Shown piece by piece: positions 35,724 through 42,868 of a stretch of 42,868 nucleotides of DNA (position 1 is its first letter; each line of letters starts with the position of its first letter). The position numbers and the translations under genes are program-made. The notes beneath the pieces were generated by a model. It saw only the letters and a list, made by a program, of their open reading frames with translations. It was not told the DNA's origin and did no database searches. This DNA comes from Anaerolineae bacterium (GTDB taxonomy: Bacteria > Chloroflexota > Anaerolineae > B4-G1 > DUEL01). The DNA lies in the NCBI GenBank assembly GCA_016926575.1, contig JAFGOJ010000454.1:1-42868 (forward strand). Reading direction: 5' to 3'.

Positions 35724-37262
35724 CTATGATGCCCGCCGTGGCCGGTACTGAATGGCCTCGGCCAGGTGCGGAATCTCGATGCGGGCGCTCCCCGCGAGAT
35801 CCGCGATCGTGCGGGCCAGCTTGAGGATGCGGTGGAAAGCGCGCGCGCTCATCTGCAGTTGCTGCATCGCCGCCTTGATCAATCCCCGCCCAGCCTCGTC
35901 CAGGCTGCAGATCTGGCGCACTTCCGAGGGCCCCATATCGGCGTTGCACAGCAGGGGAGGTTCGCGAACCGCCCATGCCGCGAAACGCTGCCGCTGCACC
36001 TCCCGCGCCGCCTCCACCCGCGCCCGGATCGCCTCCGACGGCTCCCCAAGCCGCCCGTCGGTCAGCTTCTCATAATCCACCCGCGGCACCTCCACGTGGA
36101 TGTCGAAGCGGTCCAGCAGCGGCCCGGAGATGCGCTTCTGGTAGCGGCTGATGGCCTGCATCGAACAGGTGCATTCCCTCAACGGGTCGCCATAGTAGCC
36201 GCAGGGGCAGGGATTCAGCGCCGCCACCAGCATAAAGTTGGCCGGAAAGGTCAGCGTGCCCGAGGCACGCGCGATAGAGACCTGGTGATCCTCCAACGGC
36301 TGGCGCAGCCCTTCCAGCTCCCGCGAACCAAACTCGGGCAGCTCGTCGAGGAAGAGCACGCCCCGGTGAGCCAGGCTGATCTCGCCGGGTCGCGGCCAGT
36401 TGCCCCCACCCACCAGCCCGGCGTGGCTGATGGTGTGATGAGGCGCGCGGAAGGGACGGTGGCGGATGAGGGGGGTGTCCGGCGGCAAGAGCCCTGCCAC
36501 GCTGTAGATCTTGGTCACCTCCAGCGCCTCTTCGACCGACATCGCTGGCAGGATCGAGGGCATCGAACGGGCCAGCAGCGTCTTGCCAGCGCCAGGCGGG
36601 CCGCTCAGTAAAACGTTGTGGCCCGCGGCGGCTGCCACCTCGAGGGCGCGCTTGACGTGCTCCTGTCCCTTGATCTCGGCGAAATCCGCCGCGTAGGGCG
36701 GGAGCGGCGACGAGGCCAGGCCCTGGCCGGGGGTGTAGGGCGGGATCACGCGCAGCCCTTGCAGATGCGCCGCAAGCTGGCCCAGGTTCTCGACCGGGAT
36801 CACCTCCAACCCGTCGATCAGGGCTGCCTCGGGAGCGTCGGCGGCGGGAACGAATAAACGCCGGAGACGCTGCTGGTGGGCCAGCGCCGCGATGGGCAGG
36901 ATGCCGTTGACGTGGCACACCGAGCCGTCGAGAGAGAGCTCGCCGATGAACAACGCGCCTTCGACCTGCTGCGGCCAGGCCTGCTCCGACGCGATCATCA
37001 CCCCCACGGCAATGGGCAGATCGTAGACGGGCCCCTCCTTGCGTATGTCGGCAGGGGCCAGGTTGATGGTGATGCGCTTGTTGGGGAAAAGAAAGCCCGA
37101 GTTCCTGATGGCCGCGCGAACCCGCTCGCTGGACTCCTTGACCGCCGCGTCGGGCAGGCCGACCATGATCAACCCGGGCATGCCGCGCGCCGTGTCGACC
37201 TCCACGCTGACAAGGACGCCCTCCAGACCGACCAGGGCGCAGCTGGTGACTTTGGCAAGCAT
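35724..37262 (-). CDS. comM: YifB/ComM family Mg-chelatase-like AAA+ ATPase (competence protein ComM)
   Basis: 512 aa, beginning MLAKVTSCALVGLEGVLVSVEVDTARGMPGLIMVGLPDAAVKESSERVRAAIRNSGF...INLAPADIRKEGPVYDLPIAVGV. Walker A is LLSGPPGAGKTLLA, with GVLFLDELPEF and a C-terminal ...ARAFHRILKLARTIADLAGSARIEIPHLAEAIQYR. Confidence 0.95.
   Translation of the reverse strand: MLAKVTSCALVGLEGVLVSVEVDTARGMPGLIMVGLPDAAVKESSERVRAAIRNSGFLFPNKRITINLAPADIRKEGPVYDLPIAVGVMIASEQAWPQQVEGALFIGELSLDGSVCHVNGILPIAALAHQQRLRRLFVPAADAPEAALIDGLEVIPVENLGQLAAHLQGLRVIPPYTPGQGLASSPLPPYAADFAEIKGQEHVKRALEVAAAAGHNVLLSGPPGAGKTLLARSMPSILPAMSVEEALEVTKIYSVAGLLPPDTPLIRHRPFRAPHHTISHAGLVGGGNWPRPGEISLAHRGVLFLDELPEFGSRELEGLRQPLEDHQVSIARASGTLTFPANFMLVAALNPCPCGYYGDPLRECTCSMQAISRYQKRISGPLLDRFDIHVEVPRVDYEKLTDGRLGEPSEAIRARVEAAREVQRQRFAAWAVREPPLLCNADMGPSEVRQICSLDEAGRGLIKAAMQQLQMSARAFHRILKLARTIADLAGSARIEIPHLAEAIQYRPRRAS
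35731..35791 (-). repeat. Copy C: the 3'-terminal 61 nt of intact comM, repeated at 12941-13001
   Basis: 58/61 identity by hand alignment, in direct orientation, at an offset of exactly 22,790 nt. Confidence 0.85.
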
Positions 37263-37327
37263 ATTCGGTTACCCTCCGCTGGGCCAGATTGTAGCACAAG
37301 GGGCGAGAGCAGGCAAGCGCATAGGAA

Positions 37328-37368
37328 AGGGGTGCCGGCAGGCGGTTCCACCGCCTGCCGGCACCCCT
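37328..37368 (-). terminator. intrinsic terminator-like hairpin between the methyltransferase gene and comM
   Basis: A perfect 19-bp stem, aggggtgccggcaggcggt / accgcctgccggcacccct, with a 3-nt loop. It starts 19 nt downstream of the methyltransferase stop (37387). A TTCCTATGC run follows on the minus strand. Confidence 0.65.
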
Positions 37369-37386
37369 CTACCCTGTTTCCCTCGG

Positions 37387-38169
37387 CTACTTCCGGCCCA
37401 CCAGAACCACGTATCCCAGCCGCTTGAACAGGCCCTTGGGCATACGCTTCCTTTCCCTCATGTACTTCCTGAGCGCCGGATTCTTGATGTACAGGACCAA
37501 GGTGCGAGAAAACATCCTGAACATATCGCCTGCCGTGTAGCGCTTGACCTGGCTGGCCTCGCGGCGCGTCTCGACCCTGTAAACCCGCGCGACGACGTCC
37601 CTGAACCCGGCACCCTCCAGGAGCGCCCGCCAATCCTCGACGTCCAGGATGTCCGGCGCGATATCCCAGGTGCGCTTGTACTCGACCATCTCCGCCGTCG
37701 GCGTCTCGATCCAGATCTCTTCGTTCAGCCCGACGTACCCCCCAGGCCTCACCACGCGCGCGTACTCGTCTATCACCCGCTTCTTGTCCTCGATAAAGGT
37801 CGCCACCGACTCGCACAGGATGACGTCAAAGGTCGCATCGTCGAACGGCAGCGCCTGCGCGTCCGCGACCCTGAACTCGACGAGATCCCTCACCCCCAGC
37901 TTGCCGGCCCTCTCGTCGGACAGGGCGACCATCGGCTCGCGGAGATCGACGCCGACGACACGGCAGCCAGTCGTCCTGGCCAGGTAGCACGCCGTCGCGC
38001 CCGCGCCGCAGCCGACGTCCAGCACGGCAGTGTCCTTGCCAATATGGCACAGCGTCGCTAGCTCCTTGGTGGTCTCCAATCCCCCCATGTGCTTCGTGGT
38101 GCCTATGGCGGCCTGTATCTCGAAATAAGAGAGATCCGAGGCTTCCTGCAGATACCTGTCACGCTTCAT
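37387..38169 (-). CDS. class I SAM-dependent methyltransferase
   Basis: 260 aa, with motif I VLDVGCGAGATACYLA, the post-I acidic residue VVGVDL, and motifs FDVILCESV and RVVRPGGYVGL. Confidence 0.85.
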   Translation of the reverse strand: MKRDRYLQEASDLSYFEIQAAIGTTKHMGGLETTKELATLCHIGKDTAVLDVGCGAGATACYLARTTGCRVVGVDLREPMVALSDERAGKLGVRDLVEFRVADAQALPFDDATFDVILCESVATFIEDKKRVIDEYARVVRPGGYVGLNEEIWIETPTAEMVEYKRTWDIAPDILDVEDWRALLEGAGFRDVVARVYRVETRREASQVKRYTAGDMFRMFSRTLVLYIKNPALRKYMRERKRMPKGLFKRLGYVVLVGRK

Positions 38170-38322
38170 CGTGCACCCCCATTTTAAGACATTCAGTTTT
38201 CCACCGTGACGACCCTATCCCCCCTGCCCCCTTCCCGCCAGCGGCAGGGCAGCTTGGCAATCCGCCCCACGTTTTCGTCATGGAGGGTCTCCGCGGGACA
38301 TGGCAACTGCTCCCCACCGGCG

Positions 38323-41046
38323 CTAGCGGATCGCCAGGTCCTGCAGCCAGACCAGCCCGTCTCGGGCATAGGGACGATCGCCGGCGACAGGCAGCCGGAC
38401 GATGTCCGGGTAGGTGTACATCCCCGCCAACAGCGCCGCCGTCCCCGGCGGCGCCTCTGGCGGGAGGGATAGATCGACCCGCTGGGTAAAGAGATCGCCC
38501 GGCACCCACTGCGAGGTTGGGTAGACGCCGCCCAGGGGCGGCGCGTCGTGCTGGGCCAGCAGCCTCCCATCCTCGCCCAGCAGGTGCACGAAGAGCGTAT
38601 AGTCCTCGTCCATGGAACGCAGAGCCTGCCAGTAGAGCGTCAGCGAAAGGATATGGCCGGGCTCCGCCGTCCCTGCCACATCGTAACCGACGAGGCGCAC
38701 CTGTTCGCCGAGGACGACGTCCAGCGGAAAACCGGCGGGCGCGGCAGCCGCTTCGACAAAGCGGAATGCCTGGAACAGCACCCCCAGGCAGCGCTCGGAC
38801 TCAAGTGCGGGAGAACACCCCAAGCTCTCACCCCCGGCCGCCGCCAGCGCCACCCCCCCGCAGCGGGGATCGCCGACGATACGGGTGCATCCCCCCCGGG
38901 CGTACAGGGCGATCTGGTTGATCCCCTGCTGAAGCGTGAAGACAAGCGTGGTGTAGGTCATCCACTCGCCGACCACCAAGGGGGAGAGCAAGACGCCATC
39001 GACCTCGATCTCGAGCCGCTGGGGCGCCGCGAGGGGCAGAGCGGTGAACTGCAGCGCCCCCTGCTGCTGGCGTGGGGAATAGAGAACCAGATGCGCCGAC
39101 TCGGGCATCCAGCGGGCCGGGAGGCCGTTCCAGTCCTCGACGTACTGCCAGCCCTGCTCGAGGGAGCGCCCGTCGTTGTTCGGCAGCGCATACACCAGAT
39201 CCGTCGGGACCGCAGGCCCCGGCGGGACCTCGTAGATGGCCATCTCCTCCTCCACAGACCGGGGCGGGCCGAAGGCCGCTTCCAGTAGCTGCATCTCCGC
39301 CTCGACATGGCCCACGTGAAGCGTGTGGAGCAGGACGTGGCCGACCCCCTCGGCGCGGGCGACGGCGGCGCGGTCGGAGGCACTCGGCGCCGGGACGATA
39401 TCCGGCCCCACCGCCGGCAGCAGCAGCCCGTCGAGAAACCCCGCCACATCCGGCGAAACGGGCAGGGAGCGTTGGAACCAGCTGTCGAACAGGGGGCGCT
39501 CGTGGATCGTCTGGTAGAACAAGCCGACCTGCTTGACGTGGCCAGCAGCGATAGGCAGGTTCAGCACCGCGCCCTGGTTACCGCTCTCGGCGATATCGGC
39601 CAGGTAGGCCGGTGGGCGCACAGGCGTGGTGGGGCACGGCCAGACGACGAGGAACTCGGCCAGCGTGACCAGGCACAGTGCGGTGGCAGCCACGCCGCGC
39701 CAGCGGCGGCGCAGGCGCGCCATCAGCCAGGCCAGCCCGTAGGCGGCGAGCACCGCCAGGGCCAGCATAAGCGTCACGTGGATGCGCGCCGGGGCGCGGT
39801 TGAGCGAGAGCAGCGGCAGGTTGGTCAGCAGCGCGTAGGGCAGCGCCACGGTGATCTCCACGGGGCCCTTGACGTCGTCCACGCTGAACGAGACGACCTC
39901 GCCGTTCACCTTGAGCACCGGCCCCAGCGAAAGCACCGCAGCCAGGACGGCGACCAGTGCCCAGGCGGCCGCCTGGCACCGCAGCTCCGAGGCGCGCGGG
40001 CCCAGCGCGGCCAGCAGTCCCAGCCCCAGCGGCACGAAACCTGCGTAGGTCAGCAGCTCGGCGATGCGCCAGTCGTCGGGCGCGACGCGGTGCGCATAGG
40101 AGGGCACCATCCCCAACGCGCCCAGCACCGGGTTCGCGGGTGACGGGGCGACGATGCCCAGGAGGTCAGCCGAAAAGCTCACCGTGCCGATACCCTCCAG
40201 GTAGGCGCCCTGTCCCGACACCTGCTGGCGCAGCACGGGCCAGAAGAACGGCGCCGCGATGATCAGGCCCAGCGCCAACGCCCCGGCCAAGGCCAGCCAG
40301 CCCTGCCGCCCCATCTTGCGCTTGAGCAGGCACACCTCGCACAACAGCCACGCCGCTGTAGAAGGGACGAGGAGAAAGGGGATGAACAGGGGCTGCACCA
40401 GCAGCGACGGACCCAACGTCAGCCCACAGAGCACCGCCGTCGCCGCCCTCGGCCGGCGGACCGTCTTGATGAGCAGCAGGAGATAGAGAGGGAACAGGTA
40501 GGTGGCGATCAGTTCCATGTGGCCCGCCAGCGCGTGCGCCACCCGGCCCGGAAAGAACGCTTACACGATCCCGCCCAGCAGGCCAGCCCAACGATTCTGT
40601 GTCAGGTAGGCGCACAGGGCATAAGCAGCCAGCCCGCTGAGGAAAAAGGTCAACAGGAACACGACGTTGTACGCAGCGACCGGCGAGAGGAAGAGGAGAA
40701 AGGGGATTCCCACCACGTAGGTGGTGAAATACGTCAGCAGCAGCGGGTAGTCGGCGCCATCCGGAAAGTAGAGCCAGCTCAGATCACTGGGGCTCTGGCC
40801 CAACTGCAGCAGCGCCTTCCTGAACCACCACATCTCGTAGGCCTGTTGGTAGGCGTCGCGGCTCCAGGCGGGGTTCTGCGCCAGGTTCGAATCAAGCTGC
40901 AGGACCACGGGATAGGTGATCGCGAGCGTCAGCAGGGCAAAGGCCACCGGGACGGCAGCAGCAGGAAGGATCCGCCGCATGTGCAAAAGGGACAGGAACC
41001 TGCCCCACCGCGTCTTGCCTGCTCGCTCGGCCAGGCTGGAGATCAT
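38323..41046 (-). pseudogene. large polytopic membrane protein (GT-C-like, ArnT/PMT/YfhO-type layout) interrupted by one in-frame TAA
   Basis: ORFs 40561..41235 and 38323..40542 are in the same frame, separated only by the TAA at 40563-40561: ...NRWAGLLGGIV*AFFPGRVAHALAGHMELIATYLFPLYLL... There are many TM helices and a large C-terminal soluble part. The likely ATG is at 41046 (MISSLAERAGKTRW...), preceded by a G8 run. The functional class is inferred from topology only. Confidence 0.55.
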
Positions 41047-41284
41047 TGAGGCGCTCCCCCCCCTCTGCCACCGGGAAATGGCAGGCCTGCGCGCCCATGG
41101 CCCGGCACTCGATCTCGCGCACCCCAACCTCCTGTCCCGTGGCCCACTGCACCGCCTCGCTGGAGCCGATGTAGAGATGGCAGATGGGTTGCTCCGCCTG
41201 GCGACGGCAGCGCACGCCACAGGTCGAATCGGCAAGGACGAGCCCTATGGGCAGAGTGCCACTCTTGCGGTGCACGACGTCCAC
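40892..41284 (-). CDS. possible small Cys-rich ORF (only the 41060-41284 part looks coding)
   Basis: GTG start; VDVVHRKSGTLPIGLVLADSTCGVRCRRQAEQPICHLYIGSSEAVQWATGQEVGVREIECRAMGAQACHFPVAEGG. GC3 is high in this frame down to the G8 run at 41056-41063. Beyond that point, GC3 is high in the membrane-protein frame instead. No stop occurs until 40892. Confidence 0.3.
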   Translation of the reverse strand: MDVVHRKSGTLPIGLVLADSTCGVRCRRQAEQPICHLYIGSSEAVQWATGQEVGVREIECRAMGAQACHFPVAEGGERLNDLQPGRASRQDAVGQVPVPFAHAADPSCCCRPGGLCPADARDHLSRGPAA

Positions 41285-41306
41285 TGGACACGCTCATCCT
41301 CCCGCG

Positions 41307-42143
41307 TCAGAATTCTAGTTCCCAGACCGCCATGGATTCCCCTGTCGCCTCGAATCCAAAGCGGTGATAGAGACGCCGGGAACGTTCGTTGTGGGATTGA
41401 GTATTGAGGGTGACCCAATCGGCATTCTGCTGCCAGAAAGCGCGCAAAGCATCCTGCAGCAGCAGCGCGCCAATACCGCAGCTCTGATGGATCGGATGCA
41501 CGGCCAGGCGATTGAGATGGGCCGTCGGCAGGCGCAGTTCCCCTTCCGCGTACCCCACCACCCGGCCTCCTGCCTCCGCCACGACGAAATGGAGGACCGC
41601 AGCGGCCTTGCGTCGAATCGTGGCCTCGCTGTACCACCAATGAGGCGTGAAGGCCGCGCGGTCCAGCGCGGCTATCGCCGCGTCGTCTGTGACCTGCGCA
41701 GGCCGGATGCAGACCCCCACAGCTTCCGGTACCGCAGGCAGGGTACGGCCGTGCTTGGACAGCGTGATCACATTCGTCAGATGATGAAAGCCTCGCGCGC
41801 ACAGGTGTGGCCCTGCCCATCCCTGGCAGTCCATCCAGGCCAGGCTCCTCACCTCTCGATGGCCCAGTTCATCGAGCAAGCGAGAAAGCGTCAGATCGAG
41901 CCACCGGTCGACCTCCAGCATGTCGTCCAAAGCAGCCAGGCGCACCCAGGCCACGGGCGACTGGTCAGGCCACGCCAGGAGCGTTCCCACGACGTCTCCG
42001 CCTCGATCGACCACGATGAACAGGTCGTCTGCCAGGTGCTCCTGCCACTCCCAAAGCAAGGGCAACGTGCGGCGTGCTTCCTGGTTGAGCGCCTCGATGG
42101 CCGGCCGGTCGCCCGGACAGGCTCTCCTCACCTGCATGTCCAT
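41307..42143 (-). CDS. GNAT-family N-acetyltransferase with two tandem GNAT domains
   Basis: 278 aa. The C-terminal domain carries the acetyl-CoA motif LAVHPIHQSCGIGALLLQDAL...NERSRRLYHRFGFE. The N-terminal half is a degenerate GNAT-like domain (IVVDRGGDVVGTLLAW...). Confidence 0.85.
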   Translation of the reverse strand: MDMQVRRACPGDRPAIEALNQEARRTLPLLWEWQEHLADDLFIVVDRGGDVVGTLLAWPDQSPVAWVRLAALDDMLEVDRWLDLTLSRLLDELGHREVRSLAWMDCQGWAGPHLCARGFHHLTNVITLSKHGRTLPAVPEAVGVCIRPAQVTDDAAIAALDRAAFTPHWWYSEATIRRKAAAVLHFVVAEAGGRVVGYAEGELRLPTAHLNRLAVHPIHQSCGIGALLLQDALRAFWQQNADWVTLNTQSHNERSRRLYHRFGFEATGESMAVWELEF

Positions 42144-42151
42144 CGCCGTTT

Positions 42152-42180
42152 ACTTTAGCACATCGCCCCCTGGAGGTCAA
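42152..42180 (-). promoter_or_regulatory. candidate promoter for the GNAT gene (TTGACC-N17-TAAAGT), near-leaderless
   Basis: Minus strand reads ttgacc (42180-42175), a 17-nt spacer and taaagt (42157-42152), then 8 nt to the ATG at 42143. Confidence 0.4.
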
Positions 42181-42226
42181 GTCCTTTATCTGATGTAATT
42201 ACTCAACCGTCTCGCCCAGAGAGAGC

Positions 42227-42267
42227 GGGGGGTGTGGCGGGCGGCGAAGCCGCCCGCCACACCCCCC
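42227..42267. terminator. orphan perfect 19-bp hairpin (terminator/insulator-like) in the divergent GNAT-recA intergenic region
   Basis: ggggggtgtggcgggcggc gaa gccgcccgccacacccccc, followed on the + strand by acttctttcc. No annotated gene on either strand ends here. Confidence 0.45.
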
Positions 42268-42719
42268 ACTTCTTTCCCGCTGGCTGAGTACGTTACTATC
42301 TGATTTGCCTTTTTGCCCCAGTTGGTGTAAACTGGCTGAGTCTTCTCAGGAAGCGGGAGCAACGACCCGGGTGACTGAGAGGATGGTGCTACAGAATGCT
42401 AATCTGATTACCATCATGCTCATCTTTCGGTCAAATTTCTATTGCAGTCTTGAATTATCTCGCCCCTATATCCGCGGGTGATCTGAAAGTTCATCCCATA
42501 TATTGGGGGCGTTGCAATGGACCTGTTGACAATGTGCAATGATGTTTGCGTATATGACTCACGATCCCCCACTATGGGGCCGAATTCTAGGCGCAGAAAC
42601 GCGATTTGCCCCATAATTCAAGAGGTCGGTCTGAAAATGACCGAAAGGTGCGATCATGAACACAGGGCGACACAAGGTGCAGGCAGACCTTGTTGTCAGC
42701 GGCACAGGCTACATTCACT

Positions 42720-42868
42720 ATGGCTGACGAAGGAAAGCGCAAAGCTCTCGAAACGGCATTAGCCAGTCTGACCAAGCGTTATGGCGAGGGCACCGTGATG
42801 CGCCTGGGGGAGGCGACCCATCTGCAGGTCGAGACCATCCCCACCGGCGCCCTGGCCCTCGACCGCGC
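42720..42868 (+). CDS. recA: recombinase RecA, N-terminal 49 codons (runs off the right edge)
   Basis: The ATG at 42720 gives MADEGKRKALETALASLTKRYGEGTVMRLGEATHLQVETIPTGALALDR, the canonical RecA N-terminus. Confidence 0.9.
   Translation, partial: MADEGKRKALETALASLTKRYGEGTVMRLGEATHLQVETIPTGALALDR

Noticed and set aside
36070-37299. 409-aa alternate-frame ORF within comM, and the + strand ORFs across it.
   Set aside because: The comM frame has unmistakable YifB/ComM motifs. The alternatives are Arg/Gly/Pro-rich shadow frames.
41043-41297. 84-aa ORF (ATG at 41297) between the GNAT gene and the membrane protein gene, and a possible BFD-like/2Fe-2S or DUF951 identity for the Cys-rich frame.
   Set aside because: The ATG-started frame is Gly/Arg/Pro-rich with poor GC3. 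The Cys-rich frame lacks the C-x-C ... C-x2-C spacing of BFD-like domains and the DUF951 pattern, so no family name is assigned.
42480-42719. Search for a LexA (Cheo-type GAAC-N4-GTTC) SOS box upstream of recA.
   Set aside because: No such palindrome was found by eye. Only a GCAA-N6-TTGC palindrome was seen, and it is reported as a low-confidence operator candidate rather than as a LexA site.
42420-42762. Small ORFs 42420..42614 (-) and 42517..42762 (+) in the recA upstream region.
   Set aside because: They show no GC3 bias or SD, their composition is unlike the genes here, and the + ORF runs out of frame into recA. The region is treated as noncoding.

Overview
GC-rich bacterial chromosomal window. 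The protein repertoire (LVIVD, CARDB, DUF11, Laminin_G_3 and SARP/TPR regulators) suggests Chloroflexota, but this is unverified. All domain calls come from motif recognition by eye; no searches were run.

Gene order, left to right:
- a partial membrane protein and a PD40-repeat fragment (-)
- an AfsR-like SARP+P-loop+TPR regulator (+)
- a second regulator with the reverse layout, TPR first and then wHTH+BTAD (+)
- a 72-aa ORF translationally coupled to a secreted tandem lectin-fold protein (+)
- a 1047-aa Pmp-repeat beta-helix adhesin (+)
- a compact AT-richer AAA/DUF4143 ATPase cassette (-)
- one uninterrupted 22-kb gene for a ~7,348-aa polytopic multidomain surface protein (+)
- comM, a SAM methyltransferase, an interrupted GT-C-like membrane protein gene and a tandem GNAT (all -)
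- the 5' end of recA (+)

Main hunt result: the 3' end of comM occurs three times in direct orientation (4161-4207 decayed, 12941-13001, 35731-35791). Two of these copies carry the same downstream terminator-like module, called R1 here. An extra R1 copy brackets the ATPase cassette. These repeats partition the window into cassette-like segments, and each segment opens with a near-consensus TTGACA-N17 promoter. This looks like serial accretion of cargo at comM, yet no integrase or transposase is visible.

Secondary observations:
- the unusual architecture of the giant protein (internal TM cluster, 8 LamG units, a split LVIVD propeller, an orphan P-domain)
- a YLPLV peptide motif shared by three secreted proteins
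- in-frame copies of a short GC-rich repeat inside the giant gene
- an in-frame TAA plus a homopolymer frame switch in the membrane protein gene
- an orphan 19-bp hairpin upstream of recA

No rRNA, tRNA or CRISPR array was seen.
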